From positions 13,179 to 77,178 of the forward strand of contig OZ251506.1 of the NCBI GenBank assembly GCA_965242835.1: DNA of 64,000 nt, read 5' to 3'. Position 1 is the first letter of the stretch; each line of letters starts with the position of its first letter. Made by a program: the position numbers and the translations under genes. This document shows positions 22,535-32,554 of the stretch, one piece after another. The DNA comes from Vicinamibacterales bacterium (GTDB taxonomy: Bacteria; Acidobacteriota; Vicinamibacteria; Vicinamibacterales; UBA8438). The notes under the pieces are model-generated. The model ran no database searches and was not told where the DNA came from. It saw only the letters and a list, made by a program, of their open reading frames with translations.

Positions 22535-23887
22535 ATGCCCCTGTTCGCCGCGCTGCGCCGGGAGATGCGCCCGACGGCGTCGCTCGCCGCGCCGGTCGTG
22601 ATCGCCGAGGTCGGCTGGGTGTCGATGCAGATCGTCGACGTCGCCATGGTCGGCCGGCTCGGTCCGGAGGCCATCGGGGCCGTGGGCGTCGGCAGCGCGT
22701 TGTTCCTGGCGTTCAGCGTCTTCGGCATGGGCCTGCTGCTGGGCCTCGACACGCTCGTGTCGCAGGCGTTCGGCGCCCGCGACCGGCCCGCGTGCGACCG
22801 CTGGCTGCGGCACGGGGTCCTCCTGGCCCTGGTCCTGACCCTGCCCGTCGGCCTGCTGGCCCGGATCGCGGGCGCCCGCCTCGACGTCTGGGGTTTCGAT
22901 CCGGGCGTCCTGCAGCTGGTGCGCCCGTACTTCGCCGTCGTGACCTGGAGTCTGCCCCTGCTGCTGTTGTACGCCGCGTTCCGGCGCTACCTGCAGGCGG
23001 TGGCGGTGGTCAGGCCGATCATGGCCGCGCTGCTGTCGGCCAACGTCGTCAACGCCGCCGCCAACTGGATCCTGATCTTCGGCAACCTCGGCGCGCCGGC
23101 GCTGGGCGTCGAGGGCGCCGGCTGGGCGACGTGCCTCTCCCGCGCCTGCATGGTCGCCGTGCTGGCGGCGGCGGTCGTCCGCCGGGGGGTCCGGCCCTGG
23201 GCGCTGAGCGGCGTCGGCGTCGCCGGCCTGCGGCGGATCCTGGGCCTGGGGTGGCCCGCGGCGACGCAGGCGACGCTGGAGTTCGGCGCGTTCGCGGCGG
23301 TCACGATGCTCGCGGCGCGGCTCGACCCGTCCACCCTGGCCGCGCACCAGATCGTCATCAACCTGGCCGGGTTGACCTACATGGTGCCCCTGGGGATGGC
23401 GTCGGCCGGCGCCGTGCGCGTCGGGCACGCGGTCGGCCGGCGGGATGCGGCGGGGGCGGCCGCGGCCGGATGGACCGCCGTCGCGCTCGGGACCGGCTTC
23501 ATGGCGTCCGCCGCGGCGGCGTTCCTCGCCGCGCCGCGCGCGCTCCTGGGCCTCTTCACGACGGACGGGGGCGTCGTCGAGGCGGGGCTGTCCCTCATCA
23601 CGCTGGTCGCGCTGTTCCAGGTCTTCGACGGGCTGCAGGGCGTGACCACGGGGGCGCTCCGGGGCCTGGGCGACACGCGGACGCCGATGCTGCTGAACCT
23701 GGCCGGCCACTGGATGATCGGTCTGCCGGCCGGCTGGCTGCTCTGCTTCGCGCTGGGTTGGGGAGTCGTCGGCCTGTGGATCGGGATCTCGGCCGGCCTC
23801 GTCGTCGTGGGCAGCCTCGTGACCGTCATCTGGTGGCGCCGGACGCGGGCGCTGGCCGCGGCCCTGGCGGACGCGCCGGCGGGGTGA
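22535..23887 (+). CDS. MATE-family efflux transporter
   Basis: 450 aa, about 12 predicted TM helices and the typical MATE N-terminus (...AAPVVIAEVGWVSMQIVDVAMVGRLG...). Confidence 0.85.
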   Translation: MPLFAALRREMRPTASLAAPVVIAEVGWVSMQIVDVAMVGRLGPEAIGAVGVGSALFLAFSVFGMGLLLGLDTLVSQAFGARDRPACDRWLRHGVLLALVLTLPVGLLARIAGARLDVWGFDPGVLQLVRPYFAVVTWSLPLLLLYAAFRRYLQAVAVVRPIMAALLSANVVNAAANWILIFGNLGAPALGVEGAGWATCLSRACMVAVLAAAVVRRGVRPWALSGVGVAGLRRILGLGWPAATQATLEFGAFAAVTMLAARLDPSTLAAHQIVINLAGLTYMVPLGMASAGAVRVGHAVGRRDAAGAAAAGWTAVALGTGFMASAAAAFLAAPRALLGLFTTDGGVVEAGLSLITLVALFQVFDGLQGVTTGALRGLGDTRTPMLLNLAGHWMIGLPAGWLLCFALGWGVVGLWIGISAGLVVVGSLVTVIWWRRTRALAAALADAPAG

Positions 23888-23904
23888 CGCGCGGCCGGTG
23901 ACGC
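23819..23904 (+). repeat. Direct repeat copy A (3' end of the MATE gene including its stop codon)
   Basis: GTGACCGTCATCTGGTGGCGCCGGACGCGGGCGCTGGCCGCGGCCCTGGCGGACGCGCCGGCGGGGTGACGCGCGGCCGGTGACGC recurs at 26031-26113 with one 3-bp indel and about 2 mismatches. Confidence 0.9.
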
Positions 23905-24013
23905 CGGCGCGGAGCATGTTTCAGTGGTGCGTTCCTGGCGTACGCGCGAGGGATTGAACGATCGGCGGCTGGCGGATCGGGGCTCCGCATCCTCCGCATC
24001 GAGGAGGGAACCG

Positions 24014-25996
24014 ATGTTTGACGACGCGGGCAAGTTCGCGGACTACTGGAAGGGGCGTATCGAGCGCGATCTGACGTCCTTCGGCGACCTTGGCGCCCTG
24101 GTCGACGTCAGTCCGGCGGGGCGTAGGTTCCGCGCCGTCTGGACCATGCAGGGCGAGAAGCGCGAGGCCCTGTTCTCCGTGTCGCGTGACCAGGGCGTTT
24201 CGGTGCGGACCGCAGGCCGCAAAGTCTCCTACCGATCGTTCCTCGCCGGGGCGGACATGGCGGATCTCCAAAGCCTCGCGCAGATGATCTTGCAGGCGAT
24301 GCCGCCGGGACTGTTCGTGGAAACCCGGGCGGAACGTTCCGATGCCGCCGGCGATCCGACGACGTCGTCCGCCGTAAAGTTGCTGACGGATCTTCTCGAG
24401 GGCGAAGGGCAATTGCTGGCCTCGGCGCGTTCCGTCTACTACGAAGAGGAGTTTCTGGCGCGGGCGGGCCGCGTCTCGGCGACCGGCGATCAGCGCTGGG
24501 CGCACGTGCCGGTTCGCGTGCTCGAATGGTCGGACGAAGACCGGCGGCGCTATCTGGACCAATGGGCCGCGGATCGCGGGCTGACGGACGAGGCTTCGGA
24601 GCGGCTTGGCCGTCGCGTGCGGACGATCTTCGACGACGGGCGCGAGGAGCTGGCGAAGAAGCCGCTGTTCTTCGCGCGGGTCGTGGAGTTGCTGCGGAAC
24701 AACCCGGAGTTCTCGGCAGGCGGCGACCTGCTGCAGGCGCTCGTGCGCGAGTACCTGTCCAGGGAGCGGAAAGAGAAGCTGCTGGACAGGCAGTCGGGCT
24801 CCCTGCTGACGGAAGAGCAGTTCGAACGGCTGATGTGCGAGCTGGCGCAGGAGATGTGGAACCAGGAGACGCGCGAGCTCGACTCCCGCTCCGTGCGGGA
24901 GGTCGCGGAGTTCTTCGTCGAGAGCGAAGACCTGTCGGAGGCGGCGAAGCAATCCGTGGTCGAGCGCATGCCGGCCCTGGCGTTTCTCGCGCAGAGCGAC
25001 GAAGAGTCGTTGCGCGGCGGCGGGATCTCCTTCGAGCACGAATTGTTCTTCTTCCATTTCCTGGCCCGCGCCGTCGTGTCGGAGTTCAACTCCACCGGCG
25101 CCGACGTGCGCATCGTCCTGAGCCGGTCCGCGCTGCCCGACGACGTCGCGGAGCGGGTGGCGGCGCAGTTGAATGCGCGGGACGGAGCGGGAGCGCGGGG
25201 TCGACTGCAGAAACGGCTGGATCGTCTGGCCGACGCGGGCAGGAAGGAGTGGCGGCGGACGATGCAGGTCCGCGAGAACGCCGGTCTCCTCGTGATGGCG
25301 TTGCTGCGGTACGCCGGCGAAGACGGGCGCGAGATCGACGGGTGCACCGTGCGGTCCGTCGTCTTTCCCGGCGGCCGGCTCGGCCGCGTCACGCTGAAGC
25401 GCTGCTCGCTGGTCGACGTGGAGATCCGCCGCACCGACTTGACGGAGGCGCGGTTCGTGGAGTGCACGGCCCGGGACGTCCTGCTGTTCGAGCCGCGCGT
25501 GGGGCCGGGTACGACACGTCTGGAACTGGAGGGGCTCGACGTCTCGCACGTGATTGGACTGCGTGTTCCCGAGACGGTCTACGATCCGTCGGCCGTTGCG
25601 GCGACGCTGAAAGAGTGCGGTGCGCCGACGCCCGGCTTGGATCAGGCGACAGGTTCCGGCGCGCCGTCCCCGTACGTCGATCTCGTCGAGCGTCTGGTGC
25701 GGGCCTACCGCCGGGCGAATCCGGTGTGCACGGAAGATCCCGCGCTCGCGGGCCTGCTGGGCGATCCGAAGTGGGCGGTCGTCGAACGGCTGCTCGTCGA
25801 GCACGAGATCGTGACGAAGGAACACCGCGCCACCAGCGGCCGGCCCAAGACGTTCCTGCGGCGGCGGGTGAAGCCGGAACAACTGATGTCGGGGCGCAAC
25901 GGCGGGGTGAACGGCGTCCCGCGCATCGTCCGGTCGTTCTGGCGGGCGCTGGAGTCCGAGACCGCGGCGGGAGACGCGCGGTCCAACCCCCTCTGA
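24014..25996 (+). CDS. Hypothetical 660-aa protein: STAND-like helical/winged-helix segment without a visible P-loop, plus a pentapeptide-repeat-like stretch
   Basis: The ATG at 24014 is preceded by GAGGAGGGAACCG. Segments: ...LLTEEQFERLMCELAQEMWNQE..., GGISFEHELFFFHFLARAV, then VVFPGGRLGRVTLKRCSLVDVEIRRTDLTEARFVECTARDVLLF. I see no GxxxxGK(S/T). The function is unknown. Confidence 0.5.
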   Translation: MFDDAGKFADYWKGRIERDLTSFGDLGALVDVSPAGRRFRAVWTMQGEKREALFSVSRDQGVSVRTAGRKVSYRSFLAGADMADLQSLAQMILQAMPPGLFVETRAERSDAAGDPTTSSAVKLLTDLLEGEGQLLASARSVYYEEEFLARAGRVSATGDQRWAHVPVRVLEWSDEDRRRYLDQWAADRGLTDEASERLGRRVRTIFDDGREELAKKPLFFARVVELLRNNPEFSAGGDLLQALVREYLSRERKEKLLDRQSGSLLTEEQFERLMCELAQEMWNQETRELDSRSVREVAEFFVESEDLSEAAKQSVVERMPALAFLAQSDEESLRGGGISFEHELFFFHFLARAVVSEFNSTGADVRIVLSRSALPDDVAERVAAQLNARDGAGARGRLQKRLDRLADAGRKEWRRTMQVRENAGLLVMALLRYAGEDGREIDGCTVRSVVFPGGRLGRVTLKRCSLVDVEIRRTDLTEARFVECTARDVLLFEPRVGPGTTRLELEGLDVSHVIGLRVPETVYDPSAVAATLKECGAPTPGLDQATGSGAPSPYVDLVERLVRAYRRANPVCTEDPALAGLLGDPKWAVVERLLVEHEIVTKEHRATSGRPKTFLRRRVKPEQLMSGRNGGVNGVPRIVRSFWRALESETAAGDARSNPL

Positions 25997-26030
25997 CGGC
26001 CGGCGGTCTTGCGGCCCCGGCCGGCAGCCG

Positions 26031-26113
26031 GTGACCATCTGGAGGCGCCGGACGCGGGCGCTGGCCGCGGCCCCGGCGGACGCGCCGGCGGGGTGACGCG
26101 CGGCCGGTGACGC
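26031..26113 (+). repeat. Direct repeat copy B (duplicate of the MATE 3' end)
   Basis: See copy A. Copy B ends 1 nt before the stop codon of the convergent HAD hydrolase gene. Confidence 0.9.
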
Positions 26114-26114
26114 T

Positions 26115-27080
26115 TCAGCGCGCGCCGGGTCCGTTCGGAATCACCTTGTCGATGGCGTCCGCGAGGCCGCATTCGTCGTGGGTCGCGGTGATCTCCCAGC
26201 CGGGCTCCCCGAGCGCCTCCACGGCGTTGCCCATCACCACGGGGCGCCCGGCGAACGCCAGCATCTCGCGGTCGTTCAGGTTGTCGCCGACGGCCATGAC
26301 CGCGTCCGGTTCGACGCCGAGGCGGCGGCTCCAGGCGGCCAGCGCGGTTCCCTTGGAGCAGCCGCCGGCGACGAGGTCGAGGAGCGAGAAGTCGCGCGCG
26401 GCGTACTCGGTCAGCGTCGGGGTGACGCCGGCGGCCTCGGGGCGCCGCCGCACCTCGGCGGCCAGCGCCCGCATCCCGGCCACGCCGCCGGTGAAGGCGA
26501 CCTGCACCGGGTCGTCGTCCAGCGCCGTCTCGATCGGCTCGACGCGGGTCATGAAGGCCCGGTTGCGTTCGTAGTACCAAGCCCGCTGCGGATGGCTCCA
26601 GTCGATGCCCTCGTAGACGTACTGGCGCGCGTCGGGCCGGTCGAAGATGACCGCGATTCCCTGGCCCCGCGGCCGCATCGCGGCGACGAGGGCGCGGGCG
26701 GTCTCGCGCGGCAGGAGCCGGCGGTCCAGCGTCGCGCCGTCGAGCCGCTTGGTCAACGCCCCGTTGCTGACGATCAGCGCCAGCGCGTCCGGCGCGCGTT
26801 CCGGCGCCAGCGCCTCGGCGACCGGACGGGCGTGGTGGAAGGCGCGGCCGGTCACCAGCACGACCCGGACGCCCGCGTCGATGGCCCGGTGGACGGCGAG
26901 GCGGTTGCGCGCGGGCAGGCGCCCGCGGCCGTCGAGCAGGGTGCCGTCGACGTCGATGGCGATCAGGCGGATGGGGCTGGTGGGGGGCGCGCGGCGGCGG
27001 GGCCGGGTGCGGCGGGCGGGATTCGCGTGCGACATGGGACGTGCCGGTTCGCGGCCGTGGACGGTCGGCGGGGAGGACAT
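26115..27080 (-). CDS. Cof-type HAD-IIB family hydrolase
   Basis: ...LIAIDVDGTLL (motif I)...VVLVTGR...AVGDNLNDREML (motif IV). The start is uncertain (27080 or 27035). Confidence 0.8.
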   Translation of the reverse strand: MSSPPTVHGREPARPMSHANPARRTRPRRRAPPTSPIRLIAIDVDGTLLDGRGRLPARNRLAVHRAIDAGVRVVLVTGRAFHHARPVAEALAPERAPDALALIVSNGALTKRLDGATLDRRLLPRETARALVAAMRPRGQGIAVIFDRPDARQYVYEGIDWSHPQRAWYYERNRAFMTRVEPIETALDDDPVQVAFTGGVAGMRALAAEVRRRPEAAGVTPTLTEYAARDFSLLDLVAGGCSKGTALAAWSRRLGVEPDAVMAVGDNLNDREMLAFAGRPVVMGNAVEALGEPGWEITATHDECGLADAIDKVIPNGPGAR

Positions 27081-27208
27081 GGGCGCGTACCGGGTCGGGC
27101 GTGCGCCAGCCTCCCTAGCCCGCCAACCGCCGCCTTGCGGCTCCGCTTGGCACCCAACCCAATCCTACAGGAGTCCGCGCCGTTCTACGGCGCAGACGGC
27201 GCAGACTC

Positions 27209-28462
27209 CTACCGCGCAGCGGCCGCCTTCCGCGCGTACTTCTCCTCGACGTAGTCGTCGATCAGGCGGCGGAACGCCTCGGAGAGTTCCTCGTACGAAC
27301 CGCGCAGCGTCGTCACGCGCCGGCCGTCCACGTAGACCGGGCAGGCCGGCTCCTCGCCGGTGCCGGGCAGGCTGATGCCGATGTTCGCCGCCTTCGATTC
27401 GCCGGGTCCGTTGACGACGCAGCCCATGACGGCGACGGTCATCTCCTCGACGCCGTCGTACTCCGTCTTCCAGGCCGGCATCATGCCGCGCACGTAGCCC
27501 TGGACCCGCTCGGCCAGCTCCTGGAACGTGGTGCTGGTGGTCCGGCCGCAACCGGGACAGGCGGTGATGCTGGGGGCGAACGACCGCAGGCCGAGCGCCT
27601 GCAGCAGCTCGCACGCGGCGTGCACCTCCTCGCGGCGGTCGCCGTTCGGGCGCGGCGTCAGCGACACGCGGATCGTGTCGCCGATGCCCTGATTCAGCAG
27701 GACCCCCATGGCCGAGGCCGACCAGACGAGCCCCTTCAGCCCCATGCCCGCCTCGGTCAGTCCGAGGTGCAGCGGCTGCGACGTCCGCGCGGCCAGCGCG
27801 CCGTAGACCGCGATCAGGTCCCGGGGCCGCGACACCTTGGCCGAGATGACGATCCGGTCCTCGCCGAGGCCGGCGTCGAGCGCCAGCGCGGTCGACTCGA
27901 GCGCGGAGGTCACCATGCACTCGTTGATGATCTCCCCGGACGTCCGGCCGGAGCCGCGGTCGGTGTTCTCCTGCATCTTCGCCATGACGAGCTCCTGGTT
28001 CAGGGAGCCGCCGTTGACGCCGATGCGCACCGGCTTGCCGTGGTCGCGGGCCACCGCGCAGATGGTCGCGAACCGCTCGTCGCGGCGCCGGCCGGCGCCC
28101 ACGTTGCCGGGGTTGACGCGGTACTTGTCGAGCGCCGCCGCGCACGCCGGGTGGCGGGTGAGCAGCAGGTGGCCGTTGTAGTGGAAGTCGCCGATGAGCG
28201 GCGCGGCGCAGCCGGCGTCGAGCATCCGCTGTTTTATCTCGGGCGCCGCGCGCGCCGCGCGCTCGTCGTTGACGGTGACGCGCACCAGCTCGGACCCCGC
28301 CTCGGCGAGCTCGACGCACTGCGCGGCGGTCGCCGCGGCGTCCGCGGTGTCCGTCAGCGTCATCGACTGCACGGCCACCGGCGCGCCGCCGCCGATCCGC
28401 AGGCCGCCGATCGGCACCGCCGTGGTGCGATGCAGACGAACGTCGGTCATGGATGCGCGCAT
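27209..28462 (-). CDS. ispG: 4-hydroxy-3-methylbut-2-en-1-yl diphosphate synthase (flavodoxin)
   Basis: ...APVAVQSMT...VRVTV...PLIGDFHYNGH...RVNPGN...HLGLTEAG...ACPGCGRT...MGCVVNGPGE. Confidence 0.92.
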   Translation of the reverse strand: MRASMTDVRLHRTTAVPIGGLRIGGGAPVAVQSMTLTDTADAAATAAQCVELAEAGSELVRVTVNDERAARAAPEIKQRMLDAGCAAPLIGDFHYNGHLLLTRHPACAAALDKYRVNPGNVGAGRRRDERFATICAVARDHGKPVRIGVNGGSLNQELVMAKMQENTDRGSGRTSGEIINECMVTSALESTALALDAGLGEDRIVISAKVSRPRDLIAVYGALAARTSQPLHLGLTEAGMGLKGLVWSASAMGVLLNQGIGDTIRVSLTPRPNGDRREEVHAACELLQALGLRSFAPSITACPGCGRTTSTTFQELAERVQGYVRGMMPAWKTEYDGVEEMTVAVMGCVVNGPGESKAANIGISLPGTGEEPACPVYVDGRRVTTLRGSYEELSEAFRRLIDDYVEEKYARKAAAAR

Positions 28463-29110
28463 GATACCAAGCCGGCGGGAGTCCGCGCAGTTCTGCTGAA
28501 AACGACAGGAAACGCCAATGTTTGCGGTCGATTTATCGGCTTTCCGCCGTTCCGCTTCCCTTGCGGATTCCCAAGCACGTTCGGGGCGGACGGAAACGGA
28601 CGCGAACAATCCGCGAGAGTCGGGCGCCCGTCCGCGCCCCGGAACCGGCCGACTCTCGCCAACCAAAGATGCCGCGGACGGGGGCGGAGACGATACCCCG
28701 GAAGGCCGGGGCGACCGGATGCGCCGCGCGGCACGTTGCGGTTGCCGCGCGCCCGGTGCAACGCGGACTCTACCACGCGCCGCGTTCGCGTGACGTCGCG
28801 CTGTACAGGCTTCGGCCGGACCGCCGCCCCGCTCAACTCGTCCTCCACCGGTCACCCCCGCGGCCGCGCGGGCGGATGCTCGCCTGGGCGAGTCGGCGCC
28901 GACCGCCTCCCCCGTCAAGTTCGGCGCTGCTGCGCCGCCGGCGTATGTCCGGCTGGTCGCACCGAGCAGCGTCGCGGGCCGCCGGTCGCCTTCGACCGGG
29001 ACCACTTCAGTGCGCCACCGGGTACGCGACGTGGCTGCCGAGGGCAGCGCGCCCGGTTCCTGCTTCGATCTCTATGCGGCCGCCCGCCCGCACGCGCACC
29101 AAGCGGTAGA

Positions 29111-32100
29111 ATGCCCGCCGTGCAGACCGACGCGCCTGTCGGCTCGTCGGCGCCACCTCGAGGCGCCTCCCCGAACGCGACACGAGGATCGGCATCGCGC
29201 GCCGCGGTCGCCCGCGCTTCCCGACACCTCCCCGAACGCGATCCCGAGCCGGGCGAGCTGGTGCAGGTGCGCACCCGGCGCTGGCTGGTCGAGGAGGTGG
29301 TCCCGCCGCCAGAGCCGGGGCACTCGGCCCGCGTGCGGCTGGCGTGCGCCGACGACGACGCGCAGGGGCGCACGCTGGAGGTGTTCTGGGACTGCGAGCC
29401 CGACCGCCGCATCCTGGCGCAGGAGGGCTGGGGAGACCTCGGCGCGCGCGGCTTCGACGCGCCGCGGCGCTTCGCGGCGTTCCTCCACACGCTGCGCTGG
29501 AACGCGGTGACCGCCACGGACCCCAACCTGTTCCAGGCGCCGTTCCGGGCCGGCATCACCCTCGACGCCTACCAGATGGAGCCGCTGCGCAAGGCCCTGC
29601 TCCTGCCCCGCGTCAACCTGTTCATCGCCGACGACACCGGCCTCGGCAAGACGATCGAGGCGGGGCTGATCGCGCGCGAGCTGCTGCTGCGCCGCAAGGC
29701 GAAGACGATCGTCGCGGCCGCGCCGGCCTCCGTGCTGGAGCAGTGGAAGGCGGAGATGGAGGACCGCTTCGGCCTGCTGTTCGAGGTGCTCGACCGCGCC
29801 TACCTGACGCGGATGCGGCGCGAACGGGGCTTCGGCGTCAACCCGTGGCGCACGCACAGCCGCTTCCTCGTCTCCCACAACCTGCTGATCGACCCGGTCT
29901 ACGCCGACCCGCTGCGCGAGTGGCTGGGACCGCTGCGGCCGGGCAGCCTGCTGATCCTCGACGAGGCGCACCACGCCGCGCCGGCGAGCGGCGGGCGCTA
30001 CGGCATCGAGACGAAGTTCACCCGCGCCGTGCGCGACGTCGGCGGCCGGTTCGAGCACCGGCTGTTCCTGTCGGCGACGCCGCACAACGGCCACTCGAAC
30101 AGCTTCTCGACGCTGCTGGAGCTGCTCGACCCCGCCCGCTTCACGCGCGGCGTCCCGGTGGCCGGACGCAAGGCGCTCGACGCCGTGATGGTGCGGCGGC
30201 TGAAGGAGGACGTCCGCGAGATGCAGGGCGGGTTCCCCCGGCGCGTGGTGGCGCCGGTCACCATCGACGGCCTGCCCGACGACGCGCCTGAACTCGTGCT
30301 GTCGCGGCTGCTCGACGACTACCGCGCCGTGCGCGAACAGCGCCACGCCGCCGCCCCGGCGAAGGCGCGGGCCGCCGCCGGCCTGCTGTCGGTCGGCCTG
30401 CAGCAGCGGCTGCTGTCGTCGGTCGAGGCGTTCGCCCGCAGCCTCGCCGTGCACCGCCGCACGCTGGCGCGCCGGGAAGCGGCCGACCGGGCGGAGGCGG
30501 CGGTCGCGCCGGGCAGCGCGCCGGACGGCGGCCTCTTCACGTCGGCCCCGGACGCCGACGACGAGCGCGCCGACTGGGCGCCGGACGAGACCGACGCCGA
30601 GGAGGACCGGCAGGTCGAGGAGATCACCGAAGCGGCCGAGACCGCCGCGGCCGGCGCGGACACCACCGCCGTCCGCCCGTCCGCCGGAGACGCCGCCCCC
30701 GGCGCGGACGCCGCCGCGCTCCGGCGCCGCGAACGCGACCTGCTCGACCGGATGCAGCGCATCGCCGAGGCGGCCCGCGGCCGGCCCGACGCGCGGACGC
30801 TGCGGCTGGTCGACTGGCTCCGCGAGCACCTCTGCCCCGGCCTGCCGCCGTTCGGCGCACCGTCCGCCGCGGGCGCGCCGCCGCCCCGCTGGAACGACCG
30901 GCGCGTGCTGATCTTCACCGAGAACCGCGAAGGCACGAAACGCTGGCTGCGGAAGATGCTCGAAGCGGCGATCGCCGGCACCGACCGCGCCGCGGAGCGC
31001 ATCGCGACCATCGACGGGCTGACCGCCGGCGCCCGCCGCCGGGAGGTCCAGCGCCGCTTCAACGCGCCCCCGGCCGACGACCCGCTGCGCATCCTGCTGG
31101 CCACCGACGCCGCCCGCGAGGGCCTCAACTTCCAGGCGCACTGCACCGACCTGTTCCACTTCGACCTGCCGTGGAACCCCGGCCGCATCGAGCAGCGCAA
31201 CGGCCGCATCGACCGCCGCCTGCAGCCGGCCCCCGAGGTCCGCTGCCACTACTTCGTGCTGCCGCAGCGCGCCGAGGACCGCGTGCTCGACGTGCTGGTC
31301 CGCAAGACCGAAACGATCCGGCGCGAACTCGGCAGCCTGTCGCGGGTGATCGACGACGACGTCGAGCGCCGCCTGCGGGCCGGCATCCGCCGCGGCGACG
31401 CCGGCCGGCTGGCGCGGGACATCGAGCGGGCCGACCTCGACGCCCGCCGCCGGCGCGCCGTCGAGACCGAGCTGGAGTCGGCCCGCGACCGGCAGGCGGA
31501 CCTGGCCGCGCAGATCGACCGCTGCCGCACCCTGCTCGACCGCTCGCGCGGCTGGACCGCCTTCGAGCCGGCCCCGTTCCGCGACGCGCTCTCGTGCGCG
31601 CTGGAGCTGACGGGCGCGCCGCCGCTGGCCGAGACGCGCGACGCCCGGGGCGCCCCCGTCTGGACCTTCCCGCCGCTCGACGGGCAGGCGGCCGGCGACC
31701 GCACCTGGACGGCCACCCTCGATTCGCTGCGCGCGCCGCGGCGCCGGGGCCAGCCGCTCGCCGAGTGGCGGCGCGACGCCCCCATCCGCCCGGTGGTCTT
31801 CGCCGACGCCGGCCGGCTGACCGACGACACCGTCCACCTGCACCTGGAACAGCGGGTGGCGCAGCGCCTGCTGGCCCGCTTCCGCACCCAGGGGTTCGTG
31901 CACCACGACCTGTCGCGGGCCTGCCTGGCGCAAGCCGCCGACGCCGTCCCGCGCGTGCTGCTGCTCGGCCGGCTGTCGCTCTACGGGCAGGGGGCGGAGC
32001 GGCTGCACGAGGAGGTCGTCCCGGTGACGGCGCGCTGGGTCGAGCCGTCGCGGCGCGCCGGCCCCCTCGCCGCCTACGCCCGCGACGCCGAGGCGCGGAC

Positions 32101-32554
32101 GCTCGACCTGCTGGAGCGGGCGCTGGCCCGCGGCGACGGCTGGACGCCGGCCGAGGCCGTCCGCCGCCGGCTGCTCGACGCGGCGGCCCGCGACGTGGAG
32201 GAGCTGCGCCCGCGGCTCGAAGCCCGGGCCCGCGAGACGGCCGACGGCGCGGCCCGGCGGCTGGCCGAGCGCGGGACCCGCGAAGCGCGGGACCTGCGCC
32301 GGGTGCTGGTCGACCAGCGCGCGCGGGTGGAGACGGAGCTGCGGAAGCACGAACGCGCCGAACAGCTCGCCCTTGACTTCAGCGCGGAAGAGAGACGCGA
32401 GCTGCAAGCGAACATGGCCGCATGGCGCCGGCGCCTCGACCGCTTCGCCGAGGACGCCGCGCGCGAGCCGGCGCGGGTGGAGGCGTTCTACCGCGTGCAG
32501 GCGCGGCGCGTCGAGCCGGTCGGCCTCGTCTACCTCTGGCCCGAGTCGAACTGA
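29111..32554 (+). CDS. drmD: SNF2-family helicase, DISARM class 1 DrmD
   Basis: ...LDAYQMEPLRKAL...FIADDTGLGKTIEAG (motif I)...LILDEAHHAA (motif II)...LFLSATPHNG...LLATDAAREGLNFQ...LPWNPGRIEQRNGRIDR (helicase C). It has a long C-terminal extension. The context with drmMI, drmA and drmB supports the call. Confidence 0.8.
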   Translation: MPAVQTDAPVGSSAPPRGASPNATRGSASRAAVARASRHLPERDPEPGELVQVRTRRWLVEEVVPPPEPGHSARVRLACADDDAQGRTLEVFWDCEPDRRILAQEGWGDLGARGFDAPRRFAAFLHTLRWNAVTATDPNLFQAPFRAGITLDAYQMEPLRKALLLPRVNLFIADDTGLGKTIEAGLIARELLLRRKAKTIVAAAPASVLEQWKAEMEDRFGLLFEVLDRAYLTRMRRERGFGVNPWRTHSRFLVSHNLLIDPVYADPLREWLGPLRPGSLLILDEAHHAAPASGGRYGIETKFTRAVRDVGGRFEHRLFLSATPHNGHSNSFSTLLELLDPARFTRGVPVAGRKALDAVMVRRLKEDVREMQGGFPRRVVAPVTIDGLPDDAPELVLSRLLDDYRAVREQRHAAAPAKARAAAGLLSVGLQQRLLSSVEAFARSLAVHRRTLARREAADRAEAAVAPGSAPDGGLFTSAPDADDERADWAPDETDAEEDRQVEEITEAAETAAAGADTTAVRPSAGDAAPGADAAALRRRERDLLDRMQRIAEAARGRPDARTLRLVDWLREHLCPGLPPFGAPSAAGAPPPRWNDRRVLIFTENREGTKRWLRKMLEAAIAGTDRAAERIATIDGLTAGARRREVQRRFNAPPADDPLRILLATDAAREGLNFQAHCTDLFHFDLPWNPGRIEQRNGRIDRRLQPAPEVRCHYFVLPQRAEDRVLDVLVRKTETIRRELGSLSRVIDDDVERRLRAGIRRGDAGRLARDIERADLDARRRRAVETELESARDRQADLAAQIDRCRTLLDRSRGWTAFEPAPFRDALSCALELTGAPPLAETRDARGAPVWTFPPLDGQAAGDRTWTATLDSLRAPRRRGQPLAEWRRDAPIRPVVFADAGRLTDDTVHLHLEQRVAQRLLARFRTQGFVHHDLSRACLAQAADAVPRVLLLGRLSLYGQGAERLHEEVVPVTARWVEPSRRAGPLAAYARDAEARTLDLLERALARGDGWTPAEAVRRRLLDAAARDVEELRPRLEARARETADGAARRLAERGTREARDLRRVLVDQRARVETELRKHERAEQLALDFSAEERRELQANMAAWRRRLDRFAEDAAREPARVEAFYRVQARRVEPVGLVYLWPESN

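Noticed and set aside
28463-29110. The left border of the defence island (ispG-drmD gap), inspected for a tRNA, integrase fragment or att-like repeat.
   Set aside because: No cloverleaf-like sequence, no recombinase motifs in any frame, and no repeat matching the right border (58.1-59.0 kb) were seen by eye. A tRNAscan/Infernal and self-BLAST run would be decisive.
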